Shown: in pieces, positions 20,576 to 30,376 of the stretch
How positions within the stretch are numbered: the first letter of the stretch is position 1
Layout: every line of letters begins with the position of its first letter
Assembly: GCA_039194325.1 (NCBI GenBank)
Contig: JBCCWC010000004.1
Location: 170,172-234,171 of the forward strand
DNA from: Myxococcota bacterium
GTDB lineage: Bacteria; Myxococcota_A; Polyangia; Nannocystales; Nannocystaceae
Direction: 5' to 3'
DNA: 64,000 nt
Position numbers and translations under genes: made by a program
Notes under the pieces: generated by a model
Database searches by the model: none
What the model was told of the DNA's origin: nothing
What the model saw: only the letters and a program-made list of their open reading frames with translations

Positions 20576-21946
20576 GTGCGCTTTTGGCAGCCGGAGGCCA
20601 TCCTCGATCCGTGGATCGTCCTTGATCTGCTGATCCTGGGCGGCCTGCTGGCCGCGGCGGCCGGGCTCCTACGCATGATCGGGCCGCTGCGACGCCTGTC
20701 GGTGCCCAACGCGATCGTGGCCGGCCTGCTGGGCCTGTCACTGGGCCCCAGCGGAGCCGGCTTGATACCCATCGACATCCCCGCGATGGAGACGATCGTC
20801 TACCACGCGTTCGCGCTGATGTTCATCGCCGGGGGACTCCAGTCACCACCCCGACAAGACCGGCCCGGGGCTGCACGCTCGATCGCCGTGGCGGGCTCGA
20901 CGATCGGAGTGCTCCAGGCGATCTTGGGCCTGCTGTTCGTGGCGGCCTGGCTGGCTGTGGAGCCCCTACACCCGGGCTTCGGCTTGATGATCACCCTGGG
21001 CTTCCAGCAAGGCCCGGGCCAGGCGCTGTCGCTGGGCGGCGCCTGGGAGTCGCTGGGCATGACCGACGGCGGCCAGATCGGGCTGGTGTTCGCGACGCTA
21101 GGCTTCTTGTACTGCATCGTCCTGGGGATCCCGGCGGTGCTCATCGCCCGCCGTCGTGGGCTGCTCACCGAACGAGATGTCGTCGAGCCGAGCACCGAGC
21201 CGGGCACCCATGCGGGCACCGAGCGACGCGGCTCACTGCTGCTCCAGGTCGTCTGGGTGCTGCTCGTGTACGCGGCGGTCTTCGTGGCGATCTCGGGCAT
21301 GGTCAGCGTGCTCCCCCCCAAGCTGGCCGCGACCGCCTGGGGATTGCACTTCATCTACGGATCGCTCTTTGCGATCACGCTCCGCTACGCCGCCCGGCGC
21401 CTGGGGGCAGACCGTGCCTTCGACGACGCCCAGCTGGCCCGGATCTCGGTGGTGACGGTCGACGTGACCACGACCGGGGCCATCGCCGCGGTCCGGCTGG
21501 CCGTGCTCGCGGCCTGGCTGGTGCCGATCCTCTTGATGACCCTGCTCGCCGGAGGACTCACCTTTTTTGGCTGCGTGTGGCTGGCCCGCCGAGCGTTCCC
21601 CGAGGCTCCCGCTTCGCACGCCCTGGTGCTGTTTGGCATGGGCACCGGCACGGTGTCCACGGGGCTGGCCCTGCTGCGCATGATCGACCCCGAGCTACGA
21701 GGCACCGCGGCCCGCAACACCGTAATCGGAGCCACGGCCCAGATCCCCTTCAGCGCTCCGATGTTCGTGGGCGTGCTCCCGTTTGCCACCACCCAGTGGT
21801 CGGGTTCGACGAGCGCAGCGCTGGGATGGCCGCTGGCGGCGTTGGCGATCTATCTGGTGGCCCTGCTGGTGTGCTGGCGTGTGTTCACCCCCTTTGCCTT
21901 GCTCACCCCCCTGCGCTCGCTGTGGCCCGACCGCCCCGACGACTGA
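20576..21946 (+). CDS. Sodium:glutamate symporter (GltS/ESS family)-like transporter
   Basis: Multi-TM protein; VPNAIVAGLLGL, GFQQGPGQA and FGMGTGTVSTGLALLRMIDP motifs. Start uncertain. Confidence 0.8.
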   Translation: MRFWQPEAILDPWIVLDLLILGGLLAAAAGLLRMIGPLRRLSVPNAIVAGLLGLSLGPSGAGLIPIDIPAMETIVYHAFALMFIAGGLQSPPRQDRPGAARSIAVAGSTIGVLQAILGLLFVAAWLAVEPLHPGFGLMITLGFQQGPGQALSLGGAWESLGMTDGGQIGLVFATLGFLYCIVLGIPAVLIARRRGLLTERDVVEPSTEPGTHAGTERRGSLLLQVVWVLLVYAAVFVAISGMVSVLPPKLAATAWGLHFIYGSLFAITLRYAARRLGADRAFDDAQLARISVVTVDVTTTGAIAAVRLAVLAAWLVPILLMTLLAGGLTFFGCVWLARRAFPEAPASHALVLFGMGTGTVSTGLALLRMIDPELRGTAARNTVIGATAQIPFSAPMFVGVLPFATTQWSGSTSAALGWPLAALAIYLVALLVCWRVFTPFALLTPLRSLWPDRPDD

Positions 21947-22082
21947 CACGAGGCCGGGGCGCGCCGATGACCAAAAACGGGCCGCAGGGAGGATCTAACG
22001 GGCCCGACTTGCCCCCCGCGTGGCCTTTGCCTACATAGGACCACCAAACGGGACGGCTCGCGCTCCCGGGAAAGACACGCCG

Positions 22083-24980
22083 ATGAACCCCCTCCTCCAG
22101 CTGGCGGAACACGGCCAGTCCGTGTGGCTCGACTACATCCGCCGGGGCATGACCCGCAGCGGAGAGCTGGCTCGGCTCATCGAGATCGATGGCCTGCGCG
22201 GTATGACCTCCAACCCGGCGATCTTCCTCAAGGCGATCACGGGCAGCGACGACTACGACGACGTGCTGGGCGAGCTGGTCGGCTCGCCCGATCTCGACGC
22301 CCGGCAGATCTTCGAACGGCTGGCGGTGGTCGACGTGCGCGAGGCCGCGGATGCCCTGCGCCCGGTATACGATCGCACCGAAGGGCTCGACGGCTACGTG
22401 AGCCTCGAGGTCTCGCCCAGCCTGGCGTTCGATGCCGAGGGCACGGTGGAAGAAGCCCGGCGCCTGTGGCAAGCGGTCGACCGACCCAACCTCATGATCA
22501 AGGTGCCGGGCACCGAGCCCGGCCTGGCCGCCATCGAGCAGCTGATTGGCGAGGGGATCAACGTCAACGTGACCCTGATCTTCGCGTGCCCGGCCTATCG
22601 CCGGATCGCCCTGGCCTACCAGGCGGGGCTGGAGCGCTGGGCGAGCACGGGGGGCAACCCGGCCCAAGTAGCGAGCGTGGCGAGCTTCTTCGTCAGCCGG
22701 ATCGACACGGAGGTGGACACCCGCCTCGCCGCCCGGCTCAAGGCGACCTCCGATCCCGCGCTCCAGCAGCGACTGCGGGCGCTGCCGGGCAAGGCAGCGG
22801 TCGCCAACGCCAAGCTGGCCTACCAGATCTACCAAGAGTTGGTGGCGAGCGAGCGCTGGAAGGCGCTGGCCGCCAAGGGCGCCCGGCCGCAGCGGCTTTT
22901 GTGGGCAAGCACGGGCACCAAGAACGCGGCGTACAGCGACGTGAAGTACGTGGACGAGCTGTGCGGACCCGACACGGTCAACACGGTCCCTCCCCAGACC
23001 TTCGACGCGTTCCGAGACCACGGCACGCCGAGCGCCGCGCTGACCGAGGGCGCGGCCGAGGCCCAACGGGTGATCGACGAGCTGGATGCGGTCGGCGTGC
23101 CACTGGACGAGGTCACCACGCTGCTGCTCGAGCGCGGGGTCACGCTGTTCGAGGACGCGATCGACGCCCTGTTGGGGGCCATCGCGGCCATGCAGCGCAA
23201 GCAGCAGGGCCCGCGACTCGACCGCATGGAGCGCTCGCTGCCCGCCGCGCTGGAGCAGGCGGTGACCGAGGCCGCCACCGCCTGGGACGCCGCCCAGAGC
23301 ACCAAGCGCCTGTGGGCCAAGGACGCGACGCTGTGGACCAACTCGGGCGAGGAACGCTGGCTGGACTGGCTGGACGTGGTGGATGCGCAGCGCGAGCGCC
23401 AAGAGGAGCTCCGCGCCCTGGCGACGCTGATCAAAAACCGCGGGTTCACCCACGCCCTGCTGCTAGGCATGGGCGGCTCGAGCCTGGGGCCCGACGTGCT
23501 GACCCATACCTTCGGATCCTCTGCTGTGACCCAAGGCGTGCCCAAGGGCGCGGTCAAGCTGCGGATCGTCGATTCCACCGATCCGGCCCAGGTGCGGGCG
23601 CTGGTGTCCTCGGTCCCGCTGGCGACCACGATGGTGATCGTGTCGAGCAAGTCGGGCAGCACACTCGAGCCCGCGGTGCTGCTGGCCCACACCCTCGAGC
23701 GCATGAAAGAGGCGGTCGAGCCCGATCAAGTGGGGGACCACTTCGTGGCGATCACCGATCCGGGCTCCAAGCTCGAGGCCCAAGCCAAGCAAGAGCGCTT
23801 CTTGCGGGTGTTCGCCGGGATCCCCCAGATCGGAGGCCGGTTCTCGGTGTTCTCGAACTTCGGGATCGTGCCGGCCACCGTGATGGGCATGGACACCACC
23901 GCCTTCGTCGACGAGGCGGCCATCATGGTCGACGCGTGCCGCACGGAGACCACGGCGGATAACCCTGGGGTGCAGCTAGGCCTGGCGATGGGCCACGCGG
24001 CCCGGCAGGGGCGCGACAAGCTGACGCTGGTCGCGTCGCCCCGCATCGCGCTCTTCGGCGCGTGGCTCGAGCAGCTGGTGGCCGAGTCTACCGGCAAGCA
24101 AGGCAAGGCGAGCATCCCACTGGCCGGCGAGCCGTTGCAGGATCCGACCCGCTACGGAGAGGATCGCTTGTTCGTGTACCTACGCCTACGCTCCACCCCC
24201 GACGCCGCCCAGGACCGGGCGATGGCCGCGATCGAGGCGGCCGGGCACGCGATGATCCGCATCGAGCTCGACGATGTGCACGCCCTGGGCCAAGAGATGT
24301 TCCGTTGGGAGATCGCGACCGCGGTGGCCGGCGCCGTGCTGGAGATCAACCCCTTCGATCAACCCGACGTGGAATCGGCCAAGGTCGAGGCTCGGGCCAT
24401 GATGGAGGCCTACGAGCGAGACGGAGTGCTCCCCCCGCAGACGCCGATCCACGAAGAAGGCGGGCTGGCGTTGCTGACCGCGCCCACCCACGCGTCTATG
24501 CTTCGGCAACGGCTACGCGCCGCGGCCGGAGACGAGGCGGATCTGACCGGCCTGCTCCGGGCTCACCTGGGCCTGCTGGGCGCGGGGGACTACTTCGCCC
24601 TGCTGGCCTTCTTGCCCATGACCGAGGCCCACGACCGCCTGCTCGGCCAGATCCGGGCTCGCGTGGTCGAGCGCTTCGGCGTGGCCACCTGTCTCGGGTT
24701 CGGGCCCCGATTTCTCCACTCCACCGGCCAGGCGTACAAAGGAGGGCCGAACTCTGGCGTCTTTTTGCAGATCACCTGCGAAGATGCGCAGGATCTACCC
24801 GTGCCGGGGCAGCGCTACAGCTTCGGGGTGGTCAAGGCCGCCCAAGCCCGCGGGGATTTTGAGGTGCTGGTCAGCCGCCAGCGCCGAGCCCTGCGGGTAC
24901 ACTTGGGCTCTGACATCGCGGCCGGCCTGGCCGCGCTAGACGCGGCCATTGCGCAGGCCGTGCGGGAGGAGAACACCTAG
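22083..24980 (+). CDS. tal-pgi: Bifunctional transaldolase / glucose-6-phosphate isomerase
   Basis: GQSVWLD, GMTSNPAIF, NLMIKVP and WASTGTKN (transaldolase); GMGGSSLG, SSKSGST, GGRFSV, EQLVAESTGK and NPFDQPDVE (PGI). Confidence 0.95.
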   Translation: MNPLLQLAEHGQSVWLDYIRRGMTRSGELARLIEIDGLRGMTSNPAIFLKAITGSDDYDDVLGELVGSPDLDARQIFERLAVVDVREAADALRPVYDRTEGLDGYVSLEVSPSLAFDAEGTVEEARRLWQAVDRPNLMIKVPGTEPGLAAIEQLIGEGINVNVTLIFACPAYRRIALAYQAGLERWASTGGNPAQVASVASFFVSRIDTEVDTRLAARLKATSDPALQQRLRALPGKAAVANAKLAYQIYQELVASERWKALAAKGARPQRLLWASTGTKNAAYSDVKYVDELCGPDTVNTVPPQTFDAFRDHGTPSAALTEGAAEAQRVIDELDAVGVPLDEVTTLLLERGVTLFEDAIDALLGAIAAMQRKQQGPRLDRMERSLPAALEQAVTEAATAWDAAQSTKRLWAKDATLWTNSGEERWLDWLDVVDAQRERQEELRALATLIKNRGFTHALLLGMGGSSLGPDVLTHTFGSSAVTQGVPKGAVKLRIVDSTDPAQVRALVSSVPLATTMVIVSSKSGSTLEPAVLLAHTLERMKEAVEPDQVGDHFVAITDPGSKLEAQAKQERFLRVFAGIPQIGGRFSVFSNFGIVPATVMGMDTTAFVDEAAIMVDACRTETTADNPGVQLGLAMGHAARQGRDKLTLVASPRIALFGAWLEQLVAESTGKQGKASIPLAGEPLQDPTRYGEDRLFVYLRLRSTPDAAQDRAMAAIEAAGHAMIRIELDDVHALGQEMFRWEIATAVAGAVLEINPFDQPDVESAKVEARAMMEAYERDGVLPPQTPIHEEGGLALLTAPTHASMLRQRLRAAAGDEADLTGLLRAHLGLLGAGDYFALLAFLPMTEAHDRLLGQIRARVVERFGVATCLGFGPRFLHSTGQAYKGGPNSGVFLQITCEDAQDLPVPGQRYSFGVVKAAQARGDFEVLVSRQRRALRVHLGSDIAAGLAALDAAIAQAVREENT

Positions 24981-24983
24981 ACC

Positions 24984-25982
24984 ATGAAGATCCTCTCTGG
25001 AGACATCGGCGGCACCCACTCCCGGCTCGCGCTTTGCGAGGTGGAAGGCGCGGTGGTGCGTCGCGACATCCAGGCGAACTACGAGAGCCGTCGCTACGAG
25101 AGCCTCGCCACGATCGCCCGGGCGTTCATCAGTGAACACCACATCGAGGTCCATCACGCATGCTTTGGCGTTCCGGGGCCAGTGCAGGGCCGCGAGGCCC
25201 GAGTGACCAACCTCCCCTGGAAGGTCGACGCCGACGACCTCGAGCGCGAGCTGGGTATCGACTCGATCTACCTGCTCAACGATCTGGAAGCGTGCGCCCA
25301 CGGGCTGGCCACGCTCTCCGAGGTCGATTTCCGCGAGCTACGAGCGGGCGACCCGGGAGCGGTGGGCAACGCGGGGCTGCTGGCCGCCGGCACGGGCCTG
25401 GGTGAAGCGGGCTTGTTCTGGGATGGGCAGCGCCACCGTCCGTTCGCGTGCGAGGGGGGCCATACCGACTTCGCGCCCGCCGACGACGACGAGATCGAGC
25501 TACTGCGCTTCTTGCAAGCCCGCGTGGGCGACCACGTCAGCTGGGAGCGAGTGGTCTCGGGGCCCGGCCTGGTGAGCCTGTACGAGTTCCTCAAGGATCG
25601 CGACCCGGGGGCGGAGTCCAAGGCGCTGGCCGAGGCGATCGCCGAGGGTGATCCCGCCGAACAGATCAGCAAGGCGGCCCTGCGTGGCGACGAGTCGCTG
25701 GCGGTACGCGCCGTACACTGGTTTCTGGGCCTTTATGGGGCCGAAGCTGGCAACGTCGCGCTCAAGTACCTCGCGACCGGTGGGATCTACTTGGGAGGTG
25801 GCATCGCGCCCAAGCTCGCGAAGCTGCTACCCGAGTCCGACTTCGTCCGACGGTTCGAGGACAAGGGGCGAATGCGAGCGCTTCTCGAACGCATGAGCCT
25901 GAGCATCGTGATGAACGACAAGGCGGCCCTCCAAGGCGCGGCATCCTACGCGGCACGCCGGGCTCGAGGAGATCACGGCTGA
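24984..25982 (+). CDS. glk: Glucokinase
   Basis: GDIGGTHSR, TNLPW, LLNDLEA, AAGTGLG, EGGH, ERVVSGPGL and GGGIAPK motifs; 3 bp after tal-pgi. Confidence 0.95.
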   Translation: MKILSGDIGGTHSRLALCEVEGAVVRRDIQANYESRRYESLATIARAFISEHHIEVHHACFGVPGPVQGREARVTNLPWKVDADDLERELGIDSIYLLNDLEACAHGLATLSEVDFRELRAGDPGAVGNAGLLAAGTGLGEAGLFWDGQRHRPFACEGGHTDFAPADDDEIELLRFLQARVGDHVSWERVVSGPGLVSLYEFLKDRDPGAESKALAEAIAEGDPAEQISKAALRGDESLAVRAVHWFLGLYGAEAGNVALKYLATGGIYLGGGIAPKLAKLLPESDFVRRFEDKGRMRALLERMSLSIVMNDKAALQGAASYAARRARGDHG

Positions 25983-26416
25983 AGGGTTGGTCGGTCGCCG
26001 TGGCCATTTGCCGTCGGCACGAAAGGCGGACCTGGCAGTGCGCTCGGGAGGATCGGAGTGTCCGAGCGCAGGCCAGGTCCGGGGGCCGTACCACCTCGCT
26101 GCGGTCGCACCCACCGGCGCCAAGCATGCCGGGACAACGATGCCCTGCGATCATCGAGGCCCCATCGTGACGCGTGAGGGCACTTGTCCCTTCTGGGACG
26201 AATCGCTTGCGCGCATCGGCGATCGACATCAACCGGCTGGGGTACCGATCGGTAGAGCGATTCCGCGCACGATCGCCACGTAGCGCCCACCACGCGACGC
26301 GCACGAGAACCAGCGCCGGGTCGCCCGTTGGCCCCTCGGGCCGGCCTAGAGCCGATCGTGAGGACCCGAGGTCCGCCGCTTGACGAGGCATACGCGCGGT
26401 CGGCAGCTTCGTTCCG

Positions 26417-27988
26417 ATGGCCTCGCTGCACGACGCCTACGAGCTCGGAGGCGTCGCGGGTCATGGCCGTACGACCCTGGTTCGGCTCGCCGTACGCCGC
26501 GGCGATTGCCAGCCGGTCGCCCTCAAGCAGCTCCGCATGGAGCACGCGGTCGACCCCGATAAGCGGGGGCGCTTCATCCGGCAGTACCGACGAGCGTGCA
26601 TGCTGGATCACCAAAACATCGAGAGGCTGCTCGACATCGTCGAGGGTGACGACGGACCTGTGGCGGTCTCGGAATGGGTCGATGGCCGCTCGCTGCTCCG
26701 ACTGTCTGGCTGGCGCCGCAAGAACGACGACCCCTGGGCTCCCGAGGAGATCGCCGTGATCGCTCGCTCCCTGCTCGAGGCGCTGCACTATGCCCATCAC
26801 CACCCGACGGACTTCGCGGCTCAAGGCATGCTCCACGGGGGGATCTGGCCGGGCAACGTGCTGGTGAACGTCGAGGGCAACGTCAAGCTGGTGGACTTCG
26901 GCATGGCGTCGGTGTGGCAAGAGGCACCCGAGCCATGGCAAGACCTCGACGCGCTGCGGTACCTGTCGGCCGACCACGTGCGCCACGGCCCATCAGCGGC
27001 GTCCGATATCTATTCGGTCGGCGCGCTGGTGCACGAGATGATCAGCGGTCAGCGCTTTCGTGACGAGTGCGAGACGGAAGCGGAGATGCGCATGGTGATC
27101 GATCACCCCGAGCCCCCGCCGCCCTGCGGGCGCGAGGTGCCCCCGGCGCTCGAGCGCCTACGTCGAGGGCTACTGGAGCCGGTTCCCAACCCCCGTTCGG
27201 CGCTGGAGCACATGCTGGCGCTGTGCGCCTCGATCCCCGCGGCCGAGGGCCAGGATCGATTGAGCGCGCTGGTCCGCAAGGCGCTGCGGATCGACAGCAC
27301 CCAGCCCGATCCAGAGCCGGCCTCCTTGGGCGGGGCCGAGCTACCGCTCGATGGGATCGCACGGGCCCGGTCACGCGCCAGCGCGGTGGTGCATCACGCG
27401 GCGGGGCACGTCCTCGAGCTCGAGCAGATCCCCCTGGGACAAGCACCTCGCCAGATCAAGCCACGCGATACCCAGTCGGTGCCGGTGCCGATCCAACACG
27501 AGGTCACCGCGGCTCGGGAGCCCATGTTCCTGCACCAAACCGCGCCACCCAAGGGCGAGCGAGCGCGCCATGCCGAGCAGCGCCGCAGCGGGGTGGCGGT
27601 GGCCCCTCCGGCGGATCCCGACGTGGACACCGTTCCCCTCGACGAGCCCCGGGCTCAGCTCAGCGCCGAGCTTCGGGCCGCCGGCGACGAGTCCTCGACG
27701 GCCAACACGCCCCGCAGGCGCTCGCGACGGATCTCGGACATGATCTTCGACCCCGACGCAACCGCCGAGGTCAACAAGATCGCACAGCTGCCCGAAGATC
27801 GTGCCCGCGAGCAGGCCGCGACCACGGCCGCGGCCGATGTGGAGACCGAGACCGAGCCCGAGCGCCGCCACTGGCTCCGCGGCCCCTTAGGGTGGGCGCT
27901 GCTGGGCGCGCTCTTGGTGGGGGTGGGCCTGCCGCTCTTCGCTCGGTGCAATTCCCAGCCAACGCCGGCTCCGAGCGCGAGGCCCTGA
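26417..27988 (+). CDS. Membrane Ser/Thr kinase-like protein, probable pseudokinase
   Basis: VALK and DFG present, but the catalytic loop reads HGGIWPGN instead of HRDxKPxN. C-terminal TM helix. Confidence 0.8.
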   Translation: MASLHDAYELGGVAGHGRTTLVRLAVRRGDCQPVALKQLRMEHAVDPDKRGRFIRQYRRACMLDHQNIERLLDIVEGDDGPVAVSEWVDGRSLLRLSGWRRKNDDPWAPEEIAVIARSLLEALHYAHHHPTDFAAQGMLHGGIWPGNVLVNVEGNVKLVDFGMASVWQEAPEPWQDLDALRYLSADHVRHGPSAASDIYSVGALVHEMISGQRFRDECETEAEMRMVIDHPEPPPPCGREVPPALERLRRGLLEPVPNPRSALEHMLALCASIPAAEGQDRLSALVRKALRIDSTQPDPEPASLGGAELPLDGIARARSRASAVVHHAAGHVLELEQIPLGQAPRQIKPRDTQSVPVPIQHEVTAAREPMFLHQTAPPKGERARHAEQRRSGVAVAPPADPDVDTVPLDEPRAQLSAELRAAGDESSTANTPRRRSRRISDMIFDPDATAEVNKIAQLPEDRAREQAATTAAADVETETEPERRHWLRGPLGWALLGALLVGVGLPLFARCNSQPTPAPSARP

Positions 27989-28001
27989 TCCATCCGCGAG
28001 C

Positions 28002-29321
28002 TCAGTCGGTGAGCCAGTCGGGCACCTGCTCCGCGGCCAGCAGATCCTCCACCGTCTGCCGCGGGCGGATCACGTCGAAGCGCTCCCCGTGCACCAACAC
28101 CTCGGCGGGAAACGGGCGGGTGTTGTAGTTGCTCGCCATCACCATGCCGTAGGCACCCGCGCTGAGGACCGCCAGCACCTCGCCCGTCTCGGTGACGGGC
28201 AGCGCCCGGTCGAGGGCCAAGAAATCACCCGACTCGCACACGGGACCCACGACATCGACGGTCTCGGTGGCCGCCTCGCGGCGCTCGGCCGGCATGTGGA
28301 CGGGCACGATCACGTGGTAGGCCTGGTAGAGGGCGGGTCGGATGAGATCGTTCATGGCCGCGTCCACGATCACGAAGCGCTTGCGCTCCCCCTGCTTGCG
28401 CACCAGCACCCGGGTGAGCAGCACGCCGGCGTTGCCCACGATGAAGCGGCCCGGCTCGAGCACCAGGTCGACGTTGAGACCCGCCATGGCCTCCATCACC
28501 GCATGGCCCCAGGCGGCCACGTCGATCCGAGGGTCTTCGGGTCGATAGGCGATCCCCTGGCCCCCTCCCAGATCGAGCTGGGTGATGCCGATCCCCTCGG
28601 CGGCCAGTGCATCGATGAGCGACCGCACCCGGGCCACACTGTCGGCGAAGGGCTCGACCTCGGTGATCTGCGAGCCGATGTGGCAACCCAGGCCCCGCAG
28701 GCGCAGCGCGGGCTCCTCGTGGGCCCGACGAGCTACCGGCAGCGCGTCGGCCATGGAGATCCCGAACTTGGCCTTCTCCAGCCCAGTGGCCAGGTAGGGG
28801 TGCGTCCGGGGATCGATGTCGGGGTTGACCCGCAGCGACACGGACGCGGTACGCCCGACCGCCCGGGCCCGAGCCGCGACTTGCTCGAGCTCTTCGGCGG
28901 ACTCGAGGTTGATCGATCGCAGCTCGGCCGCGATCGCGGCGTCGATCTCGTCGTTACGCTTGCCCACCCCCGAAAAGACGATCCGGTCGGCGGGGATCCC
29001 CGCCCGCAGCGCACGGGCCAGCTCTCCTCCCGAGACGATGTCGGCCCCGGCGCCACGACGCGCCAACAGCCGCAGCACCGCAAGCGCACTATTGGCCTTG
29101 ACCGCATAGCACAAAGTGGTGGGTCGTTGTCCCACCGCGGCCGCGAGGGCATCGTGGCGCGCCTCGATCTGCGAAGCCGAGTACGCATAGGTGGGCGTGC
29201 CCACCTCTCGAGCGAGCCGAGCGAGGGGAACGTCGTCCATGCAGAGTGCGTCACCATGCCATCGAAGACCGAAGTGTTGTGGCCCGGCGGTGACCGCGAT
29301 GTGATCCGGCGGCTGCTTCAC
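28002..29321 (-). CDS. lysA: Diaminopimelate decarboxylase
   Basis: YAVKAN (PLP lysine), HIGSQ, DLGGG, EPGR, GPVCESGD and GAYG...SNYN motifs. Confidence 0.97.
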   Translation of the reverse strand: MKQPPDHIAVTAGPQHFGLRWHGDALCMDDVPLARLAREVGTPTYAYSASQIEARHDALAAAVGQRPTTLCYAVKANSALAVLRLLARRGAGADIVSGGELARALRAGIPADRIVFSGVGKRNDEIDAAIAAELRSINLESAEELEQVAARARAVGRTASVSLRVNPDIDPRTHPYLATGLEKAKFGISMADALPVARRAHEEPALRLRGLGCHIGSQITEVEPFADSVARVRSLIDALAAEGIGITQLDLGGGQGIAYRPEDPRIDVAAWGHAVMEAMAGLNVDLVLEPGRFIVGNAGVLLTRVLVRKQGERKRFVIVDAAMNDLIRPALYQAYHVIVPVHMPAERREAATETVDVVGPVCESGDFLALDRALPVTETGEVLAVLSAGAYGMVMASNYNTRPFPAEVLVHGERFDVIRPRQTVEDLLAAEQVPDWLTD

Positions 29322-29414
29322 GCGGCAAGATCTGCCTCGGGGAAGGTCTTTCCGTCAATCAGGGGGCAAACCTCCGCGGAAGATTTGCTACGATGAGTCG
29401 GTCATCTCAGGTTC

Positions 29415-29500
29415 CCGGCAAAGGAGGTCGCCTATGCAGCAAACCCAACCGAGTGCACTGAACCGTACAACCCGCGGCCAAGGAGGAGCCTCCTAGCCGG
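29415..29500 (+). other. Candidate structured RNA or 20-aa small ORF whose Shine-Dalgarno is sequestered
   Basis: AAAGGAGGT then ATG 29434 to TAG 29496 (MQQTQPSALNRTTRGQGGAS). CCGGC..AGGAGGT (29415-29428) is complementary to GCCTCCT.GCCGG (29488-29500). Confidence 0.4.
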
Positions 29501-30086
29501 ATCGCGGCGGGCGCTTCGATCTCGCGCTATGCCCGAGATCGGGGCGCAGACCTGGCCCCGGCCTGGTTCGCCGCTCACCGTACTGCTCGGTCGCGCCCAA
29601 TGGGCCGACCGAGCTCCGGCGCCGCCGGGCGGCGCCCATCATGACACGGGTGGGGATCCTCGCGATCCTCCCAATCGACCCCACGGCTTCGCAGGTGCGG
29701 TGCCGTGATCTCGCAGATCCGTTCGTCGCCGGATGGATCGACCCATGATCAACCCCTGACGAGCGCTCGTCGCTCGCAACACGGAACCGGATCGACCCGA
29801 GATGACCCGCGGCGGGGCTCCACGAGGAGCCCCGCCTGCGTCTGGGGCAACGGGGTGGAAAAACGGGCTGAGCCTGCGCAACCCGCGATTTTTCATAGAA
29901 AACACCGTCTCGAGGCACTGCGACGACGATCGAACCTACTTTGTCGCTGATGTGGGGAACAGGATGACGAATGCTTGCACCCGCGGCCTACCGCGGAATT
30001 CGAGCGCGTAGGACCCGATCGACGGTTTTTTTGAGGACAACGCAATCAAGCTCGGCCGCTCCCGTACAGCGTGTCGGGAGAACCCC

Positions 30087-30281
30087 ATGAACGTAGCGAT
30101 CGACGAGCGAAATGGCACTAGGCAACCGACCGACCACCAGCTCGAGGAGATCCGCGAAGTCGCGAGGCTCCTGGAGTCGGCTCAGTGGGGCATCGAATCC
30201 TTGCTGCAACCCCAGGCCAACGCACTCGACGGCCGGGCCAAGTCGACGCGCGAGGCTTCGTTCCGGCTCGACCAGCGATAA
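30087..30281 (+). CDS. Small hypothetical protein
   Basis: 64-aa ORF with GGGAGA upstream and a plausible helical sequence; no family recognised. Confidence 0.35.
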   Translation: MNVAIDERNGTRQPTDHQLEEIREVARLLESAQWGIESLLQPQANALDGRAKSTREASFRLDQR

Positions 30282-30376
30282 CGCGACGAGCGCAGGGGCG
30301 GCGGTCCCCGAGGCGAACGCGGGAAGAAATTCGCGTGTTCCCGTGATCCGATCGGCCGCGACGGTTCACGTGTCGG

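Noticed and set aside
29322..29520. Lysine riboswitch upstream of lysA
   Set aside because: No recognisable L-box sequence or multi-stem architecture on the lysA strand.
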